Positions 1 to 14,800 of a stretch of 64,000 nt of DNA are shown here, one piece after another. How positions within the stretch are numbered: the first letter of the stretch is position 1; every line of letters starts with the position of its first letter. The translations under genes and the position numbers were made by a program. The DNA is taken from contig NW_002060944.1 of assembly GCF_000150275.1 (NCBI RefSeq), positions 9,014,159 through 9,078,158 on the forward strand, read 5' to 3'. A model generated the notes under the pieces. The model was not told where the DNA came from, searched no databases, and worked only from the letters and a program-made list of their open reading frames with translations. Source of the DNA: Trichoplax adhaerens. Lineage: Eukaryota > Animalia > Placozoa.

Positions 1-728
1 TTCAGCAAGGAAGAGTTTTCCAAACTAATATTCAAGTGCACCAGTATTTTTCATTAATCCAGAAATTTTTTTCAAACATGATCTAGAAGCTGTACTCGAG
101 TATGTATTCTTTTAAGATTTTCATTCAATAAAAAGTAATACGAAATTTATTAAATCAGAAGATTGATTAAAAAATATTTTAAGAAACTAATTTATTGATA
201 TTACTCTATATCGATTAGTTATATTTCCATCGAAGAAAATAACTATTGAATGGATTTGGATCTCCTATGTTACCGATTCGTATACAAATATGAGCACACG
301 TGAAATTATTGAGCAATTATCGATGATCGGAGTGTGATATCCACCTATAGATGCCTAGTAATCATCTGATAACACCAGTATAATTTTAAAATTTATACGG
401 AATTTAATTTTTCAATTTTATCTAAATGTCATGATTAATTGTTTTCCAGATCTCAAATTACCGACGTACACGTAGTTATGTTAGTTATACCAAAATATTT
501 CAAATTGTATATGTATCTATCTAATTTGTCTCTCTTCTAACCAATCTGTCTAATAAAACAGTTTTCAAAAATAAGATATCGATTATTAATTTATCTTATT
601 AGCATTCTCATTATATTGATCGAATTTACGTGATTGTCATATTGTATTGCATTGCACTGAATAAAATGATCACTATAAGATAACAGCACATTCGGGTAAG
701 TTTCTACATAAAATATTTTGCATGGTAT

Positions 729-1159
729 TGTCACGGTACGCCGTTACTAATTAAGTAACTGTTAATTAATGAATGCTTATGAATAGATAAGATAAGGTTA
801 TGTGTTATGTTTAATGCGCTTGTAGCTGATAATAGGATGGTAGAAATGAGACAGAAATAGAAGTTGTTAACAATTAATTTACTGTAGGTTTATAAGGTGT
901 GTTAATCTCTAAAAATTGAGCCGTATATTTAAGCGCGTGTGTTTTTAGAATAAAGTTAGTAATTACTCAAGAAACGGCAAGACTCATATCCTGAAGAATA
1001 GAGTAATAATTAGTCAGTTGTCTGTGGAGATCAGCCGAGAAATCGAGTTCTTAAATACTTCTTTCAAAGAAACTGAAAGTACTGGGAGAAATAACCCAAG
1101 TTTTAAGTAACTACACTAGAGTTCTTTACTTTCCTTTGCCACAAGTGAGGGTTGTGACA
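729..1159 (+). mobile_element. Solo-LTR-like element, family B (divergent member)
   Basis: Ends TGTCAC...GTGACA (inverted), with a perfect 5-bp TSD GGTAT (724-728, 1160-1164). Internal GTATATTTAA followed by AATAAA (about 949). The 5' end TGTCACGGTACG is shared with other family B copies. Confidence 0.75.
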
Positions 1160-2484
1160 GGTATCTCTTACTATTTCGCATGAGGTGATGTCTGCATTTA
1201 TCGCCTTGATTATACCTACGTTAATAACGTCATAATTTTTATCTAATTTTGGAAGTATTTCACAGTAGCTCGTAATGATAAGTTTACTTCCATTCTCATC
1301 TGAATTGTAATTATCTATCAATCAGCATAAGTAGTGCACTTATCATTGTAGTCCTTAACTAATTTTGGAAGTAATTCTAGTAATTATAGTATAAGCGATG
1401 CACTTATCTTCTATTCTGTTACCGTAGTTGGTCTCATTAGTTACAAAAATAAGCTTACGCCCTTGGCCGAGGAATACTAAATCTTCTTCTAGTAGTCATA
1501 GACTTGGACTATCTAATCTTCATTTTTTACCATAGTTATTCTACAGCATGCATCGTGCGTGCGATCATTTTAGAGAACAATAAGCGAACTTCATTATAAT
1601 CATTTGTTTCTAGTTTTTCACCGACATTTCAATTCTATCTCGAATTCTATGATATCATCATTACAATTCCATTACAGTAATTAATCATGAGTTCATGAAC
1701 TTCGTAAGTATAATTAGCAAGGTAAATTATAAAAGTAGCAGTTCACACAGATGCCCAAGAGATTGTATTCTATTCAAATAATCGCAACATTTTGGCTTGA
1801 AACTGTTATTCTCGCATATCTGCCAAGGCTTTTCAGTAACCTAATGATTCAAAGGTGGCTGATATAATAAAAAGCTGATCAAATTAAATGATCGGTCATC
1901 ATAACCCTAGATATCTCTTTAAACTAGAGTTATAGCAATTAGACTCTAACCCATAGCTTTCAATCTAGAATCTTTTTGTTCAATAAGTATAATTGATGAA
2001 TGGAAAAAGTAATAATGTCACTAATATCTTTGTTAATTTAGTATCAAAAACCTTTGAAGATGATGTATCATCATAGTACTATTATTTGACTTCAAACAAT
2101 CAGATTATAAGCTTGCTAAAACTTTAATTCTTGCAATTTTAGTATACTACTTAGAAAATAAGAATTGATAAAATAAGAAATTTGAATAATCTTGTTGGAT
2201 AATCAAAAGAATTTTTTGAAATCTTGAGGGTAAAAAATTATAAAGATATTGACAGTAGTGATAGCATATTTTCATGTGTAGGTATATTTAGCGTTAAGGA
2301 ATGAAAAGTATTGGTAAATGATGGTAAAATTCCGATAACAAAAATTTTATCTGATTACGTATTAGTTGCTCTAGCTGGTAATTATAAATAATCTTGAAAC
2401 AAAGCAACACTGCATTATATTTTCATTTCATTTCTTAAAATTTGATACTGTCTTCTCTAAAATTTCATTAATTAAATGTCAAAT

Positions 2485-3114
2485 TGTGACAGTGTTATAT
2501 ACTATATTAGAGTAGAAATATCTATGTTAGGATAATTCTGTTACCCTATTCTTATTTAGTTAACTTCTAATTTGGATATACTGTGTTTTAATATAGCACT
2601 GACTTTTTATGACAGTGACACTTATACACATAATGAAATTAATAGTTATAATAGGGAATGCAAATCATCTACTTACAGTTCGAATCATTGTGATTGTAAC
2701 TTACTTATGGTAGATTGTAAATTATCATGGAACTATTCTGTGATAGGACATATCGTAATCTGACTATTGTGTATTAGTCATCAGATGTCTATGTTCGTAA
2801 ATACTGTTGTCTGCATTAAGGGAACAGTAGCTAAAATTAATATCTAATTCAGTAAATGATTCCAAAGTTAATCGTACTAACTGTGACTCATAAACTATTG
2901 AGGAAGAGTATATAAATGCAGTATATCGTATAATAAAGAGGATTTTTAAACTTAGTGTTTAACGTAAAATACGAGGGGTTTAAGTCTTTATGAAGTCTGC
3001 TAGTAGAGCAAAAGTGTTTCTGATAGTGCAGATATCGTTCCTTTATACGTGGTTTAAGGAATTGACTTATTGATCGTATATTACGTTATCTTGTTGCAAA
3101 GCTGTTTTGTAATA
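2485..3114 (+). mobile_element. Solo-LTR-like element, family A copy 1 (630 bp)
   Basis: Starts TGTGACA, ends TGTAATA, TSD CAAAT (2480-2484, 3115-3119). Highly similar over its full length to 14909-15538. TATAAA at about 2911 and AATAAA at about 2932. Confidence 0.85.
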
Positions 3115-5867
3115 CAAATATATTTTATGAATATCTCTACAGAAATTTAAGCGTTAATGCAGGCATGATGTATAAGTACAATTATCTATTATATTTTAGT
3201 TGCCATTCAAATGTCACAGATGATTGCAATATCAACTCAATTTATACACGTATATAGCAATGTATAAATATCAATACGGTTGGTATGCTGCTTATACGAT
3301 ATACGATTCATAATAAGCAATACTTTGGTGTAATTAGGTTACTGTTACTTAAATTACTTGCAGTATTTATCGTAATTCTATCTACTTAAAGGCATGATTG
3401 CATTCGATCACTTTATACCGCACTAATTACCTTTATGCTAATAATATAGCATCGTACGTAATGTTACGCTATAGGCATTACTTTGACGTCAGTAATACCA
3501 TATCTTCAGAAGCAAAATAGCTGTTATGACAATGATAGAATCTAGAATTTATAGCAAATAAGTATGTTCTAAGGTGCAAAAATTAACCAATTTATTCTTA
3601 ATTTCTTCATGCCAGTGAGTGAAAAATTAATCGAATATCGGATAAACTAATCAGCTAGACGGTCTCAGTCTCGTTTTGTAGAATTTTTTACAAAATCAAA
3701 AATAAGCTATGCTAGTGATACAAGAAATAAAGATCACACTAAAAGAGCAATCTTAGCAATACATAACAACTAAATTACCACAAGAACATTTTATGATATA
3801 TTTGAAAATCTAAATTAATTTAAATTTTCCATGATAACTTGTATTTTGTTACATAAGCCATCTTGAAAACTAGATAAATTTGATTCTATAGGGAAAAAAA
3901 TTAGATTACTCTCCATAAGACAGCAATTGAAGCTATCTTGCTTCATCAAATACAGTACCGGTACGATAGCTCTCATTAACATGTTGTGAATTAAGTTCGC
4001 AAATATTCATGCAAATATTGTTAGTGCTGCTAAGTTAATTATAGTAGCTAATCTATTGTCTAGTATGACAACATATAAACATTTTTGTTATACTAGTTTT
4101 TATGCAATGACATTTTGCAATAACTGTCAAGTTATATGACGATGCAATGAATCGTACTATATCGAACAATTTTATCTTTACTCTATTTATTTTGTAAGAC
4201 TTCTAGAATCACTTCCTTAGACTATAATACACATTTTAATTGTTTACATCGTACTAAAATTATTGATATAGCTTCAATAGTTCGCGCGGATATTGGCTTG
4301 TCCAATCTTGTGCTATAGTTTATAATAAACTTCTATCTCTACGTAACTCAACTGCAACTTCATCTGTAGTAATTGAGGCTTCCTACAAAGGTAATATGCG
4401 CTGAAAGTTTAACGGTAATCTGAAGAAGGCACTGTGTGACGTCGAATAGTCAATTATGCATAATAAAGACATTGTAGATCACGGCTGGTAGACAAATCAG
4501 ATAGAGAATATCTCAAATCGGTGCGCTTCTACTATTTATACAAATTACATAATGCTTAATTCCCAAACGCTACAACACCTCGTGGTATAAAAATTAACCA
4601 ATTATTGAGTCATCAGATATTTGATATCCCACCGCTAATCTCACGCTGTTTTTATCAATAAATAATGTAAGAATTGCACGATAATTATATTTAATTGCTA
4701 TACTAAAATTGTATGTATGTCATAAAAAAGAGCATGACCTAGTTATCACGTGAGATAATTTCAGTATATTTAGTTCATTGGCTCCAAAATATTAATAAAA
4801 ATTGTGCAAAGTCACTAGATTGCAATAATTCAGCAAGGTATGGAACATTGAAGCTTTGTACACTTTGATGATTAATTCACTAGGATTTAAAAGATGATTC
4901 TAATAGACTATTCATTAGGTCATAAATCTAAGAGTCAATTCCGTGAAACTACATTCATCTTATCAAACAGATAATGAATTAATTAATTATTGTAAATATC
5001 ATTAAATATTGTAACATAATAGTATTAGTATTAAAAAGAAGACCATAGCTCCGACTTATTATCTAATCGATCTCAACTCTCTCACAACGCTTAGCAATAA
5101 AATACTTCCAATAAAATGCATATACTTATTAATAAGCAACTATTCGTACTGTAATTGGAAAAATCGGTAATGATCGTCGTATCATTTGCAGCATATGCGA
5201 TTACAGAGGCAGCGATGAAGACTATTATTGATTGCTATTAATGACTTTTAATATGTTGAGATCCTTTCGATCTAAACACTAAATTCAGTCACCAAAAAAT
5301 AGAAGATTTTTATTACATTGCGATGACAACTTTACATGCAATAAATCTTGTTATTAGTAATACTTATGAAATGAAAGATAATTCATACTTATCAAAGAGA
5401 TGTTACTAATTTTTAATCAACATAATGTAATTTTTATATGGATGACACTGGTAATTATATATTACTATACATTAGCGTATTAGAATAATAAATATTAAAA
5501 ATTAAATAATTTCTCACCTTCTTCTGAACGTGATACTATAAAATTTAAGTTGTAATCATAATTTATTGCTTTATTTATACTAATCTACGTCAGAAAATGT
5601 TTGTTTACAGCAAACATCTGGTGGATAAGGGTAAAATTAGTGAAGAGTTCACTTTTTACTGTAATTGACTTTGGGAATTCATGGATAAAACAACAATGCA
5701 AGACTCTATGGAAGAGAAAAAATACACTTTATAAACTGCCTTGCCCTCTTAGAACATTAAAATTTGTGACCTTATGAGAGTACGCTCTTCATTTAACTAT
5801 CTTGTCTAATATCATTAGCAACCGCTTGAATTAATTTTATCAGGTAGCCTTTTCTTACAATTTTACC

Positions 5868-8800
5868 ATGTCCAGAAAATTTTGGATTAACTTAACAATG
5901 GACCAGCAAGCTCGAATATACAATTTCTATGATCAATATAATTTCCCAATAGAAATTCGCATTCGGTTTAACAATTGGATACAAGAAGCGTACAAGTAAG
6001 AATATCTCATAATCTTGAAGTAATTTAGTCAAACATAGTACCAAATCTAGGTGCGAGATGTCAGTCTAAGCGGCAGTTGCAAAAATCACGAACAATATTA
6101 TTATTTAGCATATAATGCTACGAGTTGATATTCACCGTTCTTAATCTAGAAAATGTTTAAAAATCAAATTGATGTATAAAAATATCGATAATATTTCTAA
6201 TGATAAGTTTCGCACGATGCTTTCGAAATTTTAAGCTTAACTTCTAATAGCATTCATATAGATTATTTATTCATCATCTTTTTTAACAGGCACTAAAATT
6301 TGTATGCTAGCAGCATTTCGTGAACTTTACAGCTGCTTTCACAGCAAATAGTAGTTACGTTAAAAATTTTATTAATCTTTAGCTAAGTGCATACATTCAG
6401 ATTAGGATCATTGGGAAACAAACAGTTCATTTCTCTTCGAAACAGAAAAATTTTGAATACGTACGAATATTCACCTGCAGATTATTGTGAAGGAATTTTT
6501 GCTAAAAATCTTTATCAGGATTTACTGAATGAAATACAGAACACCATTTCTAATTTACAAGTAAGAAATGTATTCTAATACTATTCTAATACTATTCTAT
6601 TTAATCGCTCATAGAAACACTTTTTAATAAATGGTAGATTGTACAGATTTTTAATGTAGTAAGTCGGGCATCCATTTCAACTACATCAGAGTAGTTACTG
6701 GGAAAATTAAAAATGTTATTACATTTCAGTAGAATGGAAAATTCGATCTCAATGTGCGAGCATCGAACCATGAACTTTAGGAGTAAATCTTAGAAGTTTC
6801 TGATTGAACTTTGTACCGCTCGCTACTAACAAGAATTGACATATAGAATTCAAGCATTTAGATTTGAATAATTTGTGTGCCAATATTGTTTACATTATAC
6901 ACAGAAACTGAAGTGCTTTCATTTATTCTGTATATTCTATAACATAATATTCGAATCACCCTGCAGATGCTGCAACCGGAACAAGCTACTGAAGACCAGT
7001 TCGTTGCTCTTTATAATCTAAATAAAAATCTGAAGACTTTACAGGTAAAAATATTTTTGGCATCTCCTTACAAATAATGCGATATCGAACACTAACGAAC
7101 CATAAGAACGCGTTAAATATTTGATCTATTGCAGCTGATTTTTCAAAAAAATTAAATTTAGCCTTCATATGATGGTTTACTGGTAGTGCTGTGGCTATAC
7201 AAAGCTAACATTCTGTAGCTAATATTTCGTTATTTCCATTTAATTTATCAATTCACTTAATCTATGTAAATCGATAAATAGTTTTATTTATAATTGAAAT
7301 CCATTTATAGTAAGTATATGTCTTACTGCTTACCTCCGATACCTAAAACAAAATAATCTATTTTGAACTCCCTTTCTAGATACCTTAAATAGATTACATC
7401 GCTCCACATGCAAAATAATTGTAGATATTCGAATCCTAGAATGATCTTGCAAAAATTAATTTAATTACTATTAATAAATGAATGAAATGAATTCAATCTT
7501 TTTAAAATTGGTAGCAAAGGAGTATAAAGTAAACTTTCAAAACTTTTAATGCCAATATTGTAAATTTACAACAACTGCAAGGTATAATTCCTCACCTACA
7601 TAACACAGCACAGCATTACACTTATTGATGCAATTTCCAAAAAAATTAAGCTACTCGTATGGTGAATTATTCTCTATGCCTAAAACGGGATTAAAGCGAA
7701 ATGCAGTGAATTAAATGAATTATAACTTAATAAAAGAATTTCAAGATAACCACTATAAGATTCGAATATATAAAGCTTTAAATCGCTAATATATTTAATT
7801 TGCAAACAGGATTTATTTCAGTCCAGACCAGAGAAGCTGCTCAAAGTCATAACTGAGGGTATTCGCTATGAAGAAAGAGTTGAATATGATCTACACAGGG
7901 CTGCGGTTTGTAAAAGCGTGCCATAAAATATGCTAACTACTAAGCTTCTCTCAAATCGACTTTTATAGTATCTTCTTCTACTTTCTGGTACAGGTAATGC
8001 AGTCTCCACAGTCGCCAGAAATTCCTATACTAGATGGTTTCCTAGAACAACTCCATCAATTCATAAAAGATCAAACTAACAAAGTGGATGGACTTCAATC
8101 AGAAGTAATACAGGCTTTACAACAAATTAGCAGTATGCAATCTGGCATAGGACTTGATATCGGTAAAACTTTCATTAATTTGTAAAAAATGCAATTAGTA
8201 ACATAATGTAAATACGATTGACAGTTTTTAAACCATTTGATCGTAAACATAACTACTTAATTTTACTCAGTTGCTTCTCTCCGAATGATATCACAGTAAT
8301 GTCGATACTTATTGCATGCTGTTAATGTTGTTGCTTTATTAGACTGCGGATAAATTATTTAAACTGCATCAATCAGCTATAATTTTTGTATTTTTGTTAA
8401 TTTAATTGAGCCTTGTGGTCGAATAATATAACTGCTAAATTTTACTCTACTTAGTTACTTCTCTCAAAGATTTGACGGTAAGCTCGATGCTTGTTGAATT
8501 ATTTCTATTTTAAAATAAATTATTTTTAATCCATATAGGACGTTATCAAAATTATTCTGTACAAAATGGAATTTTTAGTCAAACAGAAATCATTAAAGAG
8601 GACATCATGGTTTGTTTTTCTTTTGTTTTCGTGACCAACTTTTACCGGTGCATAATTATTACAAGGCGATAGAGTAAGAATGAGGAGCTAGCAAAGAAAT
8701 CTTCCTATCCAAGCATTATCGTCTATCGCGCTAGGATTATGTTTGCTAATACTGTAGCGCAGTTCTAATTTTAGGCTAGATTAATGCTAAAAATAGCATG

Positions 8801-11800
8801 TTTCAGATTTTATTTTCGACATTACAGTTATTCCTAAGAACCTTTTCAGGCTTCAAATGGCCACAGTCGATATACGCTACTCATATCTTATTATCTGTAC
8901 GATTTATGGCAGTACATATAGCTTAGTAGAGTACTTTGAAATGGGAAGCCAATATTCTACAAAAAATTTCTACTTAAAATAGCATTTTTTCTTACATGAT
9001 GAGTCTCAATCAATTTCTCAACCCACATCAACTAAAATTAACTAGTAAAAATCACGACATCAAATATATCAATGCTTATCCATGCATATTGCATTAATCT
9101 TACAGTATTATTATTTTTTCTGCCCATTCAATCGTTAGATACTTTTGCAGAAAATGTCAGAACTTATCCAGAATTTCATAAGATTAAATGAAGTTATTAT
9201 CCAAAAACAATTACGGCCTTGGAAAATGAGTCAAATGACATTATTTAGCCTAAAAGAGCAAAAAGAGCATAGCTATAGGCTAGATGTCATCCAAAACAGG
9301 TTTAATTCACTCAGTTTGATTTAAATTATAAATTATACATATAAATGATAGATCGTTAAGATATTAAAAATAAATTTTAATCTCGCAAAGCGTATCATAA
9401 ATCTTTACTAATACCAATATCGCAGCATGGAAGTTTCATATGATCTACTCGAGGATGCTGGGAAAATAATTAAATCAGTGAGTTACGCTTAATAATTTAA
9501 GGCAGTAAAATAAATTTATATTGTTAATAAATAATTTTTGCTGCAGATCCTTTGTCATTACGACGCGATTTATCAATCTTGTGATATCTCGCTTGAGCAA
9601 TTACGTCAATTCGATTCCATCATCGTAAATCAGCAATATCAGCTCATCTATAAGTTAGTGAATAATAGAGACTTTAAAAGAAAATTCCCTTTATATTATT
9701 GTAACCACTGCTTTGTGTGGCTTACAATTCAGTAGCTTTATCGAAGTTTAAATCTATTAATTCTAACTTTAGGTCCATTATAGTTTCTATACAGCCTATT
9801 CGAGTTATAAAAGTTGACAACAAATTTGAAACTGCAATCACGCAAGTCATACTGTTTAAAATATGGATTAAAAACTACTATATTCTGATTAAATTTGTCA
9901 TTAACTTTATCTTCCTAAGCTACAGCACTTAAATAATTTATTTTAGATTTTTACTTGGGCATAAACTGGGCTTATTACAAGCTGAAGTGGAGGCAACTAT
10001 CCTTGGGTAATGATCAATAATGATTAATATTTATTTTAGCTTCATCTTTGCACTCAGTAAAATTTTAGGGAGAGATTGGCTTTATGCTAAGAAACGAAAT
10101 TTTGATCTAATTATTACAGAAACGATGAATTGAAGCATATATTAGCTACAAATTCGTAAGCTTAGATTTGCTATTTTAACTTGAAATATAGGCCATAATA
10201 AAATTCATACGTACTTATACTAAAATTTTCCTACCTAATTGTAACCCTCCCAATATTTAAAGTCTAATCGTTGTATAACAAAATAGAATGTCAAATAACG
10301 CCAGTGATGCAATTCAACTAGATCCAAAATTATTGCACCACCTGAACAATCAACTGCCATTTAAACCAGCGGTAAACAATTAGAACATTCCTGAAATCAG
10401 TTGCAGTATTTTGATATATATGTAAAGATTTAACGCAAATTGTACGGTATTTAATTCGAGAAACAGTAAATCGTACCGCAAACATATTCCAAGAAATAAA
10501 TACTAGATAAAATTTATCATTTAGTAGATAAGCATAATACTAAATTAGAGTTCTTCGATAACTTAAAAAGTTTGTAAATAATTTAAATTATTATACTCTA
10601 TGATCCAGTTAATAAACTGCCAAAACAAGGATAATGGGTTAACTGCTCATTTTCGTGATTGGGTAAGTCTTTCGACGTACTATAAATTAATGCTTACTAT
10701 CTAATTGGAATCAAAACTTGTTCCCAAAAATTAATTTTAGTTAGTTAAATATTATATTAAACATCATTTACTTTATCAGATAGTACAATTCTCATTAATT
10801 AGTATTAAAGATAAAAAATACTGTTAGTGCTCTTGTCCATGATTTTCACTGTACTCCTACTTATGAATTTTCAACGATAATGGTATTTAACGTTCAAAAA
10901 GTTATTCTTATCTATATATTTACCAGAATATAACAGAAGGCATAATTCTTATTTTATACTCTGTATAACTGGATCATATATATAGATATCTTCATTTGAT
11001 AAGCAATGGTATATATCCAGTCATTTTCGCGTACATATAATTTTATTTCCATGATTTATACCGTCATCATAAGCAAATTTTACCTAAAACAGACTCTAAT
11101 TATATATAAAGTGTAAGATTTCATTAATATAATATCCTAAAATTAATGTACACACTAATTACATTTTTAGAAATTGTCAAAAACAGAAAGAGGTGATAAC
11201 GGCAATGCAAGAGATAGGGTATATATAATAATTTTTAATAAAATCATTACTGAATTTACAACTAGCATGCGTGTAAATTGGTGAATAGACTCCTTTTGAG
11301 GTATAATTAAAAAATTGAAAATTGATTCTGTGAACCAACATATTCATTACTGTTTGCCACAGCTGGTAACAGAAAAGAAATGTGCGATCATATTCATCCT
11401 CAAATTCAACTTGAATGAAACTGCTATGAAACGTACAGTAAGTGATAATTCTTACAACAGCGTGAAATTCAAAAATATCAAGACTTTATTTGTAAATAAC
11501 TATAAGAAGCAATAATTTCATTCTTATCAAAGGCTGGAAAGTAATTTTTTATCATACAGATTCTTTATTAACAATTTATTACGCTGCAATAGCGTAGGTT
11601 TTATGTTTCTTAATACCTTTCTGTTATTTTCTCATAGCTGTTACTCAATATTCTCATCTTTAGATAATTTCACTGCCTATCATCCTTACAGTTAACTCAA
11701 ATCAAACCCCAAGCGCATGGGGAACGATTATATGGGACAGTTACTTTTCTGATCCGGTTAGTAATAAGCAGTCTCATTTTCTAATTCTCGTGCAAAACAA

Positions 11801-14800
11801 TCATTTATGAAATGAATTATTAAAATGATAACACTACCAATTCGAGTAATAATCTAGTACTCCTCTTTATACTGTTTTATGTAAATTTTGAGTAACTTTC
11901 TCGAGATTAAAGTGATCTCAGTAAGAGCAAGTTATACCTGCAAGCTAATATAAAACAGCATTATAATATAGCAGTATTTCAAATATTTTCAAAAGTCTTG
12001 CTCTAACGTTCCAAATATGATGAAATCCAAAATTTAGAAACAGTCTTTTAAGAAACACGATTAAAAACGCCTTAAAAAATTACGTTAGCATAACATGAAA
12101 TAGAGCTATTGTTAAGTCACTATTCAATAAGTTCATCCGATAGGTCTCGAACTTAATTCTTAAAAATTCAAATATACAATCTAGTTTTACGCATATAAAG
12201 TTATACTTACTTTTTCGTAAAATAACATTTGCATAGAGATACTATTGTTTCAGTAGGCGTAGCGTTTAAGCTAATGGCATGGAACTATGCATCCCATCAT
12301 AGGACAGAAATAATTTGGATGCTCCTGACGAGGTCCCCTGGAAAATGTTCTTCAGCATGCTTGATATGGAATTTCACAAAAGAACTGAAAGAAGTCTAGA
12401 TAACGAACATGAGCAATGCCTTCGGGAATTATACTGCAGTAAATAGAGATTAAAATTTGAGTACTATATTCAGTAACTTCATCACTCACGTTATGTGTCA
12501 CATATAGATTAGATCGTATCATAATTTAAAAGATATCAGTTATTTGCAACTTCTTATTACTAAAGGCTTATTAATCCTTCCTGCGAGGCAGTCTTAGCTT
12601 AGTAGCATAGCAATATTGATATACCAATAGTATATGTATTTTCAGGTTAATGAGTTGAATATACTTTGTGCTTGCAGATATACTCTATCGCACATACTAT
12701 TCGAAATCCATATAGTCAATTTAGGAAAAGAATAAATAATTGATGCAAATATTATATTTATTAATCTTCTCCTTTTAAGATATCAACGAAATAGCAGAAA
12801 CAGATCCAAACCAACTTCGTGTAACCCGGAAGGATTTTTATAGAGTACGTGTTAGTGATTAGTCCGTTCTAATTAGTATAGTTTCACTTAGGCAAATATT
12901 AGTAATCAAGATATTTAATATTATTAATAATATGCAATTTAAGATATGATTGAATATTTAGGGCAAAGATTTACAATTCACTATCATCTATACCACTGTA
13001 GTCATTGAAATAATACAACTTGCCTAAGAATCCTGATAATTTCATCATGATTGCTATAGTCATCACAACATAATCATCCAATAAGCGGATTGACCAGTCC
13101 TACATTTTGGAAATGGCTATATGGCATCTTAGAAATGCTAGAAAAGAGAAGCACGATAGAAATTAGGAGTTTGTGGAAAAATGGGTAAAGTCCATTAAAA
13201 AATTAATTAGTCGATTATCAAGTAAAGTACAGAACTAATAGTAACATATTTAGAATTAATCAATAGATTATCAAAATTATAATAGTCACATATCTCATTT
13301 TTAAGACATATTGTCGGATTTGTGACAAAATCCCGAGTAAGAGAAATACTACGCTCAAAAACGCCAGGCACTTTCTTGATACGATTTAGTACCAGGGTTT
13401 ATAAAGCTTTAAGTTTCTGCTTTGTTACAGGTATGAGATTTAACGTCAACAAAGTTTATTATCATAGTATAACAGTATATTGCTTGCCAAACTTTAATTA
13501 ATTTGTAAAAATTTTCATAACATGGATATGCAAAACAATAATAGAAAGGGGCGATATCCAGTTACCTGAACCTTTAGACGAGAAGATGCTTACTGTTCCC
13601 AAAAAATCATTAGCGGAAACGTAAGTACTTTCGCCACATACAAGCTTTCCAATACACAAGCACAATGGCTGTATAGGTTGAAAGATACGAGTACTTTAAT
13701 TTAATGATAGTTAATCGATGTAATCATTTTCCTTTTTAGTCGTATAATATCTTAATATGCTTCCAAGGATTTCTTTACGACTAACTATATTTTAATTACT
13801 ATTAAGTATTCAATTACGTAGCGAAACACGTTTAAAATTGCTAAAATGTTACAATATTGGCAAAAGAAAAGATCGATATTAGTTTCTGAGATCAAAAATA
13901 ATTTAAGAATTATAGATAAGTTAAAATGTCTAAAAAATATTATCTTAACTACTACATCGGATCTTAAAAATTTATTGATTCTTTACACCTCAATCGTAAT
14001 TCAAAATTTACTAAGTTTGAAGAACAGTCTTTTCTTTATAATCTTTTGTTATATCATCTAGAATTAATGGTATTCGGAACTTAGCAGTCTATTACCCTAC
14101 CATGGCACCAAAATCTGATGTTGCCGATCAATGTAAGCGAAATAGATTTATTATTCTGATGGATGGTGAAATAACGTTAATATCAAGCGATAGTAATTAC
14201 ATTATATTTTATCCATTCTTAGTAAAAACGCACTTGAACTAAATACCTTCCTTAATCCAAATGATTGTTGTATTCAATTTTATTATCTAGGATTTTAGAA
14301 AACTAGGTTAATTAATTAGAGCCAAATATAGTGAAATTTTACAGATTAGTCACAATTTTTATTGCTAGGCCAAGGCTAAGAAGATCAACTTATCCGGCTA
14401 AGTATTACTTTCGAATCCCTCTACAAATTAAATTCGGTTATAGTAATAGTAAAAGACTATTACTCGGTCATTACAGTTAGATATTTAAATTAGTTAGAAC
14501 GAAGTCTTACAATGACGAAAGGGCTATTTAAACTAATACTTATTTAAGTGGATCACTCAAAATTAATCTACTTTATCACAATCTCAGTGACAACATTTCG
14601 ATCAAGTTCTAAACGAGAATCATCATGAAATTTAGTTCAATTGTACCTTTACTAAATTCTAGAAATGTTACGTTTACGAGTTAAAGTCAATAACCTTCCT
14701 TTATTCTGTAAACTATTAGGCGGCCAAATTGATAATGTTGGATCCAGCCCTCCCTCCCATCATCCAGAACCTGATGATGGTTACGACTCAAGATTTCGTG

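Noticed and set aside
1-340. Possible 3' exons of an upstream gene (e.g. IFPSKKITIEWIWISYVTD...GV*)
   Set aside because: No recognisable domain, and stops in all three frames of the first segment. It cannot be supported without upstream sequence.
2572-2763. Duplicated 63-aa ORFs (2572-2763 and 14996-15187) as small protein genes
   Set aside because: They start at TTG, lie inside the LTR-like repeat and are not preserved in the third copy.
7515-7581. Candidate STAT exon 3 with stops, suggesting a pseudogene
   Set aside because: The real exon 3 is 6967-7044 (EDQFVALYNL...LQ), which is in phase and matches STAT. The gene is intact.
8831-8840. GAS-like TTC(N3-4)GAA sites implying STAT regulation of itself or the TRPA array
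   Set aside because: Such short motifs are expected by chance in 64 kb of AT-rich DNA, and I saw no clustering at promoters. Adjacency alone is no evidence of a STAT-TRPA functional link.
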